Assembly: GCA_037379345.1 (NCBI GenBank)
Contig: CM074515.1
Location: 3,286,001-3,350,000, forward strand
Direction of reading: 5' to 3'
Origin: Perna viridis
Lineage: Eukaryota
Length of the DNA stretch: 64,000 nt
Shown here: in pieces, positions 42,582-54,269 of the stretch
How the letters are laid out: the number at the start of each line of letters is the position of its first letter
Numbering within the stretch: position 1 is the first letter of the stretch
Position numbers and translations under genes: made by a program
The notes under the pieces: model-generated
What the model saw: the letters and a program-made list of their open reading frames with translations, nothing else
Databases searched by the model: none
What the model was told of the DNA's origin: nothing

Positions 42582-45478
42582 GTGAACGGCCATTTAAGTG
42601 TAATATATGTGGGAACAGATTCACAACAAGGGGAAATCTCAAGGTTCATTTTGAGCGCCATAAAGCGCGATATCCTCACGTGAAGATGAATCCACACCCA
42701 GTACCGGAACACCTCGACAAAATCCCGGCCCCTCCTACATCATTTCTACCATCTCTACCCAAGCAAGAATTGAGAACTCCAGATAAACATTTTCCGTTCT
42801 CCTCGCACCCATCTTCAGCCACGTCTGTGTTCGCCAATAGTATTGTATCTAAGCTTAACAACTTGTCAGAAGAAAAACTGTCTTCTAGTCTCACATCTAA
42901 TTCTTCATCAGATACTTCAAAATCATCAAGAAATGGCGAACGCGAAGAAGTGAAAGAAAAGATGCCGTCGTCAAAAGTAGATCAGTTTTTGCCACCAATG
43001 GGGTCACCATCTATTTCCCTGATGAGTAAAACTTCTCCACCACTGCGATCAATGTCTCTTCCGGTACCATCACTGTCACATGTCTCTATTACTAGTCCTT
43101 TTCCCAGTGCACCGCCAATTCCATCGGCACCTCCACCGTCTTTGATTCCATCATCGCCATTTGGACCACCTAGGGATTCTATTCTCCCAACTAAAATGAT
43201 AGAACACGAAGAGAACTTAGAACAGTACATGGAGATCGATAGATCTGAAACTTCAAAACTGCAACAGTTGGTGGACAATTTAGAAAACAAGGTTTCTGAT
43301 CCCAACCAATGCGTAATATGCCACAGAGTTCTCAGCTGTAAGAGTGCGCTTCAGATGCATTACAGGATTCATACTGGCGAACGTCCCTTTAAATGCAAAA
43401 TTTGCAGTAGGTCTTTTACTACAAAGGGCAATCTAAAGACTCACATGGGAGTACATCGTATGAAGCCACCAATCCGCATGATGCACCAGTGTCCGATCTG
43501 TCACAAGAGTTTTACTAACCTTCTAGTACTCCAACAACATATCCGTAGCCATGCCGGTATACCAACACTTCCACCAATGCCTGATATGAGCCACTTTCAC
43601 ATGTATCATAACATGAATCAGCATATGGTAGATATGGCTTCTAGAGCATATGACTTGTCAATGAAGAGGGAACAAGATAAAGAACTCGATCTCAGCAAAT
43701 CTTCTTTGTTTAGCACCGACCGTGCTGATGAGTTTGGAGATGACATCGGAAGGTATTCAAGAGATGACGACCATGAAAGCAATGATGACTGTGATGAAGA
43801 GAAAATGCATGTAGACGAAGAAATCGGTGAAGAAAGGGACACTCCTGATAAGCATTTTGAAATGGATCAACCATCTGGCGACTCGGGAACTGCTAGTGAT
43901 GGTCAACATAGTGGAACAGATGAACCAAAAGATGCCAATCAAGAAAAAAAAGAACGGCCACAGTCTGCATCGTCTTCCGTATCTCATGATTCTGGCAGAT
44001 CGCCAAGCCCATCACCTGACACACCACCATTCTCTTCAGGTGTGTCTGCTTCAATGTTTGCAAGCTACCCGAACTTGCATTCAACACCGATATTCTCCAC
44101 ATCTTTGGCGGCATTAGAAAATAGCGTGCGAAACATTAACAGTTCTATGAATGATTCCTCTCTTTCTCGTTTAAATCAGGCTTACCTAATGAACAATGGA
44201 TTGCCGACAAGAAACGGCGACAGAAACTCGCCGCCTACAACTCCCAATGGTTTAAATACAAGTATGTCGGATAATAGTAGTGTTAGTGGCGATGGTAGCA
44301 AACCGGGAACTCCCGCTCTTTCCATTGCAAGTGACGTGTCGAGCAGCAGTGGATTGTTCATAGGCGGACTTGACTTAAGAGGTGACTCAAGTAAAAGGAA
44401 TACCACTTGCAATATTTGTTATAAGACATTCGCATGCAGAAGCGCTCTAGAAATTCATTATCGTAGTCATACAAAGGAACGACCATATCAGTGTAAAGTT
44501 TGTGACAGATCCTTTACAACACGTGGGAACATGAAGCAACACATGTTGACGCATAAGATACGGGATTTGCCGAAAACGTTTGACAATAATAGTACTACCA
44601 ATAGTGAAATAGACAACAATTCATTAGATTCTTGTGACAATGAAAATCGGTCGTCTGAAGGTCATATTGAACAAGGGGAAACTAAAGGGAATGACTCTGA
44701 AATCGTTAACAAACCATCATCATCTGATCACCCTATCAAAAATCATTCGGAACCGGAGAAAGATTCAGATAAATCACAGTTCGTCAGAAATCAAACACCT
44801 CTCAAACATCAGTGTAGAGTTTGTCAAAAGGGATTTTCAAGTGCAAGTGCACTTCAGATTCATATCAGAACACACACTGGAGATAAACCCTTTAAATGTA
44901 CTGTTTGTGGCAAGGCCTTCACAACGAAAGGGAACCTGAAAGTACACATGGGTACACACATGTGGAATAACAGCCCGTCAAGACGTGGCCGTCGTATGTC
45001 CATTGAACCTCCATTTATGATGTCTCATAAAGACAATCCATATATGTCTGGGTTTGCTCCAAGAGCACCGGAATTTCCGTTTCCGTTTCAATTCCCGCCA
45101 TTCATGAATGGAATGCCGCCAAAAATGAATGAAATGTCAGTAATTCAGGGAATGGCGGGTGGAATGGGTCATATTCCCATGTCCCTCCCAGCGGATCTGA
45201 CTTCACCTCATTCGTCTGCAAAACACGATGAGAAGCAAGACAGTTGGCGGAAGGATGAAGACCTGAAGAAAGAGTCAAATGGCGAATTAGACCTTAGCAT
45301 GAAATCGTCAGCAAACAAAAGTTTCTCGCCATCACGTGACACTCCTAACTCATGGTCGTCGTGGAAGACATCTTGTCATTTATGTGGTCAGAACTTTTTA
45401 TCACCGACTGCACTTGACCATCATATGCAAACCTTTCACATGAAAGTAGATTCTCATAATGTTACTGCAGTGAAATGA
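42582..45478 (+). CDS. sall: SALL coding exon 5 (terminal): nine C2H2 fingers
   Basis: Acceptor tctcttttcag|GT. Begins [43 protein letters not shown], in frame with ORF 42680-45478. Contains [13 protein letters not shown] boxes [16 protein letters not shown] and [13 protein letters not shown]. Stop TGA at 45476-45478. Confidence 0.96.
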
Positions 45479-46670
45479 TATGACATTTATAGTATCTGCG
45501 GAACATTCCTATGAAATGTGGGGCCACGGTACTCGCTCTTGCCAGTGATTTAGCACGTGTATGGTGTTGTAACAGTATTATAGACAGAGGACAGTGTAGT
45601 AACTATAGTGAACACACACCTTTCACTTATTGTGGTTGTGAAATAGAAAATATACACTTTGCATTTATTGATGTAATTGATATTTTTTTTGTTGACATGG
45701 AATTTTAAGTTAAATGGAATGTAGGTTCTTTGATTGTTTCTTTTTTATGTAAATATTGATAGGTAGTTTTTTTCTAGTCTTCAAGTGAAATGAACCTCAA
45801 AGATAAGTGACTGCATGAAATGCCTAAAATATTACCAAGGATATGCTTGATATATGTAGCTTTCTACTCGGCACTTTTCACTATAACTATTTTCACAAAG
45901 TTCGCCAAAAGGTGCATTTATTTTCTGACTGTGTTCTAGCCATGAAGTGAACTTCCATACTGTAGTGTTCTTGCCAGAAATTTGTTAGTCCACTGTCACC
46001 AAAGAATCATTGTGTTGTACATTTAAGTTTTGCAATATTTGTTTGTGAGTTTTCTTGTTTGTACATATTTTAAATATTTTATGTTTTGTGTTTGTTATGT
46101 TTGTCTAAGGAGATCCATTTATGAAATCTTATTATTACCATGCATATATTTAAACAAAAAAGGTGCTTTATTTCATTTTTGTTTTACACCCTTTTCAATA
46201 TGTCGGCTATTATATTTATTTTTTCATAGACATTTGTCTTCCATAGTTTGCATTTGTCAACTTTCCCCTTGCTTGGACATAGAAGGAGTATTTGTGAAGA
46301 AAAACATGTTTTTCCATAAATTTTCGAATCTCGGCATATATTTGTATGATGATATATGCTAACACTTAAACAAAACTTATTTAGATAGAGTAGGTCTAAA
46401 TTGTGACCAAGTGTTTGAAATCCTTCTTTGCACGTATAGGAGAAAAATGCAGATTTGTTCATTGAAATCCATTGTTTTCCTATATTTTATGTATACATAT
46501 CCGTAGCATTTCACAGAAGTTTACATCTGTGAAGAAATACGTCCATGATCACGTGCGGTCATGAAGTAGTTCATTTCTTTTGTTTTTTGTTATTGTCTTA
46601 CTAAGAACAAACTTGTAGTCAGTTCATATGTCTGAAAAGACAAATAAATACGATCAAAACAATATGGTGT
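45479..46670 (+). other. sall: Probable SALL 3' UTR
   Basis: U-rich sequence after the stop codon. AATAAA at 46643-46648 is followed by GU-rich tggtgtctt. The end is uncertain because further AATAAA occur near 46780-46810. Confidence 0.5.
46643..46648 (+). terminator. Candidate polyadenylation signal
   Basis: AATAAA with a downstream GU-rich element, about 1.17 kb after the stop codon. Confidence 0.4.
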
Positions 46671-46835
46671 CTTATTTAGAAATATTTGAAAATTCATAAA
46701 TTCCATTCAAAACCTCCATTTCACCGGAAATAAGATCCTATGTATATCAAGTAAATGTAGTCTGGTAACAAATCTGATAATAAATCAGAAGGGGCATATA
46801 TGAATGAATAAAAGTCATAAATATAGAAGTCATAG

Positions 46836-46970
46836 GTCGGGTTTCAAAAAAAATCTGTTTGAGATTTTCCTCAAATCCTTTCTCAACTCAAATTCTGACC
46901 AATCGAATCACTGGAAATTTAAGATTTGAGAAAAATGTCAGTTTGAGATTTTTTTTTTTATAAAACCCAA
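46836..46970. mobile_element. Short MITE-like element
   Basis: Imperfect terminal inverted repeats gggtttcaaaaaaaatct ... agatttttttttttataaaaccc. Confidence 0.4.
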
Positions 46971-47124
46971 GCCAGTCCATATAAAGTCTACAAATTCCAT
47001 CGAAACCAAATAAAAATATAAATACAAAAAAAAAACGACCATAAGACAAAACTCAACTGCTTAGAACAACAAAAACTTTGCATAATGAATCTGAAAAAAA
47101 TACAAACTGGAAAAGAGAAAAAAA

Positions 47125-48120
47125 AACAAATTTGCGTATAGTGGTAAGTCGCTGTCACTGTCGTCGTCGTAATAATCTTTATAAAGTTTCATAACTAGGT
47201 AAAAGTAAGGTTTTTTTTGTTTTTGTTTTGTTTTGTTTTGTTTGTTTGTTTGTTTTTTTTTTTTTTTTGGGGGGGGGGGGTAATACAGCCCCAACCGTTT
47301 TGGAATTATGGACCAAAACGGGATAAAATTCAAGCATTTCAAAGATTTTAAGTATATAACTCGGATGTCTGATTTTGCTCTGCAATATCCTATAGGACAA
47401 AGGTCAGGCTAGGATTGACTTTCAGAATTATGGTCTAGACGATGCTGTATCACAAAGTGCTACACAACCGAAAACAAGGCTATTTATATGTAACTTGAGT
47501 ATATAGGGCAACTCTTTCGCTGTACCTGTGTATAAAGATGTTCTTGGGCCAGCTGCAGCCTGCCCTGTTGCATGATGATTTCCTCGTCGTTCACTGAAGA
47601 CCAATGGGTGGCCTTGGGCTAATATTTTTATCCCGTCGGGGTTTTTGTCTCTGACATATACACCATACCTATTCTTGTTGTATGGGATTATTTTGAGGCT
47701 GTGACTTAATTGAAATGGGATTAAAGGACCAAAAAGGGGCCAGAAACAAGTATTTTCCTGATATCCAGACAATATCTTGAGTAAAGATTAATGGATTTCT
47801 TTTAAATTGTACTACAAGGTGCCATACCTCAAAAGAAGACTCGGATTGCTCTATGGGGTTGTGACTTGAGTCCATATGACATAGGGCCATAAAAAGGACA
47901 GAAACAAGAATTTTTTTCTGATTTCTGCAAAATGTGAATGGATCTCTCTGAAATTCAACCATATAGTACCATTCCCGCAAAGGAAAGTTTTTGGTTGATT
48001 TTGAAGGTTGAGACTGGAACCATTTCGGAATTAGGACCTAAATAGGGCCAAATTCTTTGTAATGTACCTTTGCAATTGAATTTTGTAACATTTTGAAATG
48101 ACTATTGAGATTCAACCATA
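47125..48120. mobile_element. Degenerate Helitron/Helentron-like non-autonomous element(s) with ~150-160-bp satellite-like internal units
   Basis: (GTC)n tract at 47160-47169. The motif 'gaattaXggaccXaaaXXgggcc' recurs near 47300, 47720, 47880 and 48030, which resembles the bivalve HINE central-array layout. Confidence 0.5.
47211..47280. repeat. Low-complexity (TTTTG/TTTG)n, poly-T, poly-G tract
   Basis: Directly visible in the sequence. Confidence 0.9.
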
Positions 48121-48777
48121 AAGCTATTTAATGCTATCTTCAATGTTCCTTTACACGAGACGTAACGCACGATGTTGGTGTCATTTTTGGTAACATCGAA
48201 AGCGGAAAAATTTGACGTCTTTTTTTGTATTGCGACGTACATCGTTCTATAATTGTTACATGTAAAAAGAAATGTGCTTATTTAATTTTTTTTTACATAA
48301 AATAACACACATGACATGTTTTATTATTTAATTATCCGATTCGATATTGATTTTTCATACGTTTTGGTCAATTGAAATGATCAGATTACATCCTGATGTA
48401 GTAAATTGTTCGGCATCAACCATTGATTTGAAGGAAATTTGATCCCATGAGAAAAATGTTAGGAATTATGAAAACAAATTTCGTGATGCGCTAAAAAACG
48501 CACAACACCCTAACTAAAACAGAAAGCTTACAAACCTACAAGCACAAAAGTCAGTAGCAACCCCCCCCCCCTCAACCCATAAATCATATTGTGAAAGCGT
48601 ATAAAGTGAATCTTTCCTACTTCGTTTTATATCTCTAAATGTAAATGTATGTTGATATTTCCGAATACATGTACTCGTTTCGTAATTTTATAAGGTCTGT
48701 TGCTAAACATTTCAAAAAAACAAAAACCTTGATAAATCTCCCTCTTTGAGAAAATTTGAGTGCGAAATCTCCCGTTT

Positions 48778-49400
48778 TTATTATACGACGAAAAAAACTT
48801 GCGGTCGTATAATGTTATGGCGCAGTCGTCGTCTGCGTCGTCGTTATGGTTGACGAATTGTTCTGAAATGTTGATATGATTTTACCAACAACTAAGTAGA
48901 TTCCTATTCTAAGAAGATTCCTATCTAATTTGGACTTTGCTGCCCTTGTCGCTTTAGAAAAAGGGGCCAAAAAGGGTAAAAATATGTATTTTATTAAAAC
49001 CCATCTAGATTTTTTTCCCGATTTTAAATATTCTATATTTAATGTGTTATTTTTTTAATTTGGCTAAACAAATGTACAGCAGATTTTATGTGTTTTGGAC
49101 CTTTTCAAGTTATTAGGGATCAGAGTTGACATTTTCATAACTTTTTTTTTGGGTCCAATTTTGAATTTTTTTTTTATTTCATTGGATTCTTCATTGGATT
49201 CCTCATTAATAATCCTGCTTGCATTTTTCAGTCAGATTTCGGATATCTCTTATGGTTTTCGAGTTAAAAGGGGTCAAAAAGGCCACACCAGAATAAATCA
49301 TTTTTTGTTTTGTTTTTTCGTCCGATTTGAAAAAAATTCAAAAAAAAATATTTTTGCGATATTTGTACAGCTTATTATATCTTATAGCTAAAATAATTAT
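48778..49400 (+). mobile_element. Helentron-associated (HINE-like) non-autonomous element
   Basis: T-rich start, perfect 9-bp inverted repeat TTATACGAC (48781-48789) / GTCGTATAA (48804-48812), then a (GTC)n microsatellite. Internal aaaggggXcaaaaagg repeats near 48960 and 49265. Confidence 0.55.
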
Positions 49401-50175
49401 CAAGAGGTAATTAGACGATCATGAATACGTTGATTTTACAATATTTCACTATCGAATGTGCAAGCGCGTGTCTACATATTTCAAAATACTTTGAAGCAGG
49501 CACGCTGATCCCAATTTCATCAGGACATCATTGCATATGAACAGACAGGAGTGCGCGCAAAGGGGGTGGGGGCCTTTCTTTTTCCTGTTTTCTTTTCAAC
49601 ATTTCTTTCATTATTTTATCAGATTCGCTAAAATCGTAATAATGTAGTATCGTAACTTTTCAATACTTTTTATTGTTTTTTAAATTGACGTTAAAAGAGT
49701 TTTTACGTCGCAAAACAGAACGTTACTTTGGAAACGTCAAAAATGCGCTTGTGACATTTTTGTTAGACACGGTTTTACATATATATATAACCCATTTGTT
49801 AAGCCAAAGAAAAAAATGAAATAATAAAACCATAGAGGAGGATGAATACATTTTTAAGTATATGAAGAAATCGACTCAACACCATTTGCCTTTTTGAACA
49901 ATTCGTTCGAATTCCGCGTGGTGTACGCGTGAATAAATAAAGTATACAAATTTAAGATGTGACATTTTGGTTAGACACAGACAAAATGCTGCGCTTAGAT
50001 ACTTGTTCAACCAAGTACCATTATTTTTAGAACACTGTATGCAGCATATATACATGTAAAATTCAAAATTTCACAGTTATTTGTTCACTCAAAGCTGACG
50101 AAAAAAGTTTTTGATAAAGACTGGGTAGCACGCAACGTGAAGAAAACGTCGGAAAAAAGACAACGTGACATCATT

Positions 50176-52155
50176 CTTTAAACCAGTTTGTGTGAAAAGT
50201 CAAGATGAAGAAAAACGATCATTTCTTCCACTACCGTTTGTCCACAAAGGTATAGATGCAATTAATTTGGCTAACATCCTCCATCACAAAAACGTTACCA
50301 ACAAAATTCCCCCATATTTCAAAGACAAATCCATACCAATTATTTCATATTCCTATACTTCACCCATCGCATCCAAAATTTTCAATTATAAAAGGCTATT
50401 GCAGAACCTCGAGATTGAGGACTTCAAGGCTAAACCACCTGACTGTTCTTGCAAAACCTCTCCATTCAAATATGGTCCTTCTGGTCACGTCGTTACGGGA
50501 GATTTAACCATTATCGAAAACGAATCTCTGCGTAATATCCTTTCTAAAGGTCCCAAGTACCGTGAACCACGCTCCATAAATTGGAATTATAACTTGAAAG
50601 TTCTTATGGATGCCGTCGAGGACTATGCAAGAAAATGGATAAAACGAGAACAAGAAGACATTGATTCTCTGTCAGAGTGGTTGAAGGCCGTGAGGTCTTT
50701 AATTTTGAAACGAATGAAAGTTTTAAGTAGGTCAATGATTGCCAAGGCTCATCAGTTTTCAAAGACCCTGATGTAGCAAAAACATTGTCTACTATACATG
50801 ACAAATATGTTGTCGTACCAGCAGACAAAGCCCAAAACAACATTGTTTTTGTCTGCAAAACGTTTTATATCCAATGTTTATTAACAGAGGTAGACGTAGA
50901 AAATAATAGCAGTGATAAGACATACACTGCTACCACTCTTTCCAAAGAAGAGATTGTGGAAAACCATAAATCTCTGCTATCCTCTTTTGGTTTCTCTACC
51001 AAGGACGATGATTGTGATTTACCGTCTATGTACTGGATTCCTAAACTTCACAAGAATCCATACAAACAACGTTCCATAGCTGGATCTGCAAAATGTACCA
51101 CCAGACCTCTTTCAAACCTTTTAACTTCTATACTCACAACTGTCAAAGAGGGTCTACAGTCCTACCACAACACTTGTTACTCCCGTAGTAGTATTAATTC
51201 AATGTGGATCCTGAAAAATTCAAAAGATCTTTTGGAGACAATCAGTTCAAGACTATTATCTGAATATAATAGCATTAAAACCTATGATTTTTCAACACTG
51301 TATACTTCTATTCCCCATACTTAGTTAAAATCCCGACTTAAAAACATTATACATCGTTGTTTTTCCAAAAAAGATGGTACACCTACATACAAATTTATAG
51401 TTCTTGGTAGAGATTCCTCATACTTTGTAAGAAATAATTCCAAATCATCTTCCAAATATACAGAGGAAGATGTTTACAAAATGCTGGAATTTTTAATCGA
51501 CAACATATTTGTCCAGTGTGGTGGACGTGTTTTTCAACAAACGGTCGGCATTCCAATGGGAACAAATTGTGCTCCTTTACTAGCTGACCTATTCCTTCAC
51601 TCTTATGAGGCTGACCTTACAGCTGATCTGATCAGAAAGAAAGAATATTGTTTGGCTAGATCCTTCAATCTCAGTTTCCGCTATATAGATGACGTGTTAT
51701 CTTTAAACAATCCTAATTTCGGGGATTTGGCACATCGCATCTACCCAAAAGAACTTGAGATAAAAGATACTACAGACACTGTGAAGTCAGCCTCATATCT
51801 TGACCTACACTTAGAAATCGATGGTAAAGGAAAACTATTGACCAAACTTTATGACAAACGTGATGACTTTTCATTCAGAATTGTCAACTTTTCTTTCAAT
51901 TGTGGCAATATCCCTTCGGCTCCTGCGTATGGAGTGTTCATATCACAACTCATACGTTATGCCAGAGCTTGCCGAAACTACGCAGACTTTTTGTATCGCG
52001 CTAGAACTCTAACAAATAGGCTTCTGGAACAGGGTTATGTTGCTACAAGATTGAAGTCATCACTACAGAAGTTTTATGGTCGTCATCATGAACTCGTGGA
52101 TCGTTATGGTGTATCCATCAGCACCATGAAAACTGATTTATTCAACGGGTCATAG
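50176..52155 (+). pseudogene. Disrupted reverse transcriptase ORF of the Penelope-like element
   Basis: Three track ORFs join into one: an apparent 1-nt deletion near 50750 (AKA/SVFKDPDVAK) and an in-frame TAG at 51322-51324, after which the frame continues 52 codons to ATG 51481. Confidence 0.85.
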
Positions 52156-52432
52156 TTTTTCTTTCCTCGTTTGTCTACTCCGGACTTGACTTTTTATGAG
52201 CAACTCGGCGGGTGTTTCTAGAAAAGCAGAGGACGCTTACCCTACCGGTGCACCTGGTCCATGCTCCCAGTTTTTAGTGGAGTCCGAGTTGCTCATTTAC
52301 TTTTGTTACTTTGTATGTATGATTTTAGTTACTTTATGTTCTTTGTTGTGTATGTCTGTTTTGCATGTCTGGTCTTTGTCCCTGGATTACATTCTTTTGA
52401 TTACCGCTATAACCTTGGTTCCCTTGATTACT
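50176..52432 (+). mobile_element. 5'-truncated Penelope-like retrotransposon, Naiad-type (CxC linker, C-terminal RT)
   Basis: Motifs PDCSC...GHVVTGDL, KGPKYREP, VVVPADKA, MYWIPKLHK, YDFSTLYT, GIPMGTNCAPLLADLFL and FRYIDD. The ORF stops after the RT thumb with no C-terminal GIY-YIG and is followed by a ~280-bp 3' tail. Ends are approximate. Confidence 0.85.
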
Positions 52433-54269
52433 CAATCACAACATACGTGCGTATTTATCAACTATTGGACAATAAAACTCATTATTTTTTAGAACAAACA
52501 TGATATTCTGAATATTTATACAATCCTTTAAGCGCGAATAAACTTTGGTAAAAATACTATTCGTTGTTATATTTTACAGCGGTAAGCAAGATAGTAGCCA
52601 ATGGCCAACGTCGACAATATATTTGTGACATAATTGAAATACGGACAAAAAGGCTTTTATCAAAAAGACTAATTGAACATTTTATATATATTTTCATTGA
52701 GGTTATGTAATAAATTGTCAATATAGTTAATAAAAGTCCCGATTAAAAAAAGCCGTCCGCATAACTTTAAAAAAAAATGTCTAAAATTTTGTCTTCAAAT
52801 TGGTTTCTTTCCATTTTTACGATGCCCACATCAAAGGGGAGACATTTGTGATATTGTAAAACGCTTTGATCTTATCATTACCTCCTAAAAAAAAATATGA
52901 CATCGTCTGCAGCACAAACTGCTCTTTCCATAAAAAGTTGGTTTTATCAAAATACGCCAAGAAACAACTTAGATATATTGGTGAAATGGGAAGCAAGCAT
53001 TTCTTGATGTTACCCGTCCACATATGAAAATGGATGTTCTTGTGATCGAATAATGCTTTCCCTCCAAAATTAACGGGATCTTTCAAAGATTTATGATTGT
53101 AATTCTAAAACAGCAAACATTTTCGAACATTTTAATATTTATATTGCCTTTGATAACTCCACATTCTAATAGTAATTTTTCGGTTTTCGTAACCAGCCCC
53201 GGTTCAATCGAATGTGGCACCAACAACATACGCAACGTCCTAAATAATGAGTAGAAAATAATCTAGAAAAGGTTTGGGCTCAAGCTTTAAACGTGAATCA
53301 AGCCAACAACTGACACAATTAAATATTAACAGAATCAAAGGAAAACTATGATGACAGCTCACCAGACTGCAATTTTCTGTTATGAAATTAACCATTATAA
53401 CAATTTGATATTAACAAGCAGCATTTCCATAAATATGTCTTTAATAATCACGATTTTCTCTTTGGTTTATATCTGAGCTACTTCAGACATATTACTTGGA
53501 CCGGTTATGGTTCAAAATATGGACAGAGTTATGGCGTTAATCGTCAAAATGTTTTATTCTTAAGACAATACAATTATAATTCTTCGGCATAAATAATCCT
53601 ATCTGTCCTTTTTATAGTTAATATGCAACATTATTGATAAAGATATTCGTAATTTGTCAACTTAGAATTCATCTCGTGTGCTGTAAATTCATAGCGCATA
53701 TGATATGAAATGTTAATATCGTGGTCCAGATCTATGGGATGGCTAAGATATGTGATTAAGAATATTAATGTTACGATAATGCATTCCTCCATATTGAATT
53801 ATATTAAACTGATACCCATTTGAATTTCATAAGTTTATTATTCGAGCTCATGCTAGTGCTCGATTATACGGGTCGCCATAACAAATAAATTATTTTGTCG
53901 AATACCGTGAGAATTTGTTTAATGGCTCTTTGAAATATTTACATTTATAATTTTTTTTTTCAAAGACCAATAAAACATGATCCAGGTGGTCGGTCCCTAT
54001 AAATTGTATGGTCTTATTAGAAAGCCATAAAATTGAAACGTTATGAATATAATACGTAGGTTAAGGTTTTATAGTGGATTTTTGTTTTGCTGACGAAACT
54101 TATTTTTATCTATTCTGTGTATACAACTTGATTACTTATTAAGTGTCATAGTCTAAACTATCATCAACATGAATGGTCATCAATATATTATTGTCACTAA
54201 ATATTCATAAGTAAAAGGAAGAAAACTACTGTTAATAGAATTCATTCCCCAAAAAGGTATACTTTTCCA

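Larger units (their letters stand above)
6720..45478 (+). other. sall: Spalt-like (SALL) zinc-finger transcription factor gene model, 5 coding exons, ~1365 aa
   Basis: Exons of 73+819+192+117+2897 nt sum to 4098 nt and join in one open frame through GT-AG phase-1 introns. The domain order matches the Spalt/SALL family: NuRD motif, C2HC finger, Q-rich region, paired fingers with the SAL box FTTKGNLK. Confidence 0.95.

Noticed and set aside
42676-44939. Antisense and alternative-frame ORFs overlapping exon 5 (likewise exons 2-3)
   Set aside because: Shadow ORFs of the SALL coding frame with no independent motifs.
52196-52296. Canonical hammerhead ribozyme
   Set aside because: No CUGANGA catalytic core is visible on either strand of the block.
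50176-52300. Selenoprotein-encoding Naiad with a SECIS element
   Set aside because: The only in-frame stop in the visible ORF is TAG, not TGA. The 3' stem starting ATGA is fully Watson-Crick paired with TCAT instead of forming the non-canonical GA quartet of a SECIS.
52196-52503. ORFs of 98 and 80 aa after the RT
   Set aside because: They lie in the retroelement 3' tail and translate the structured block and T-rich tract, with no domain signal.
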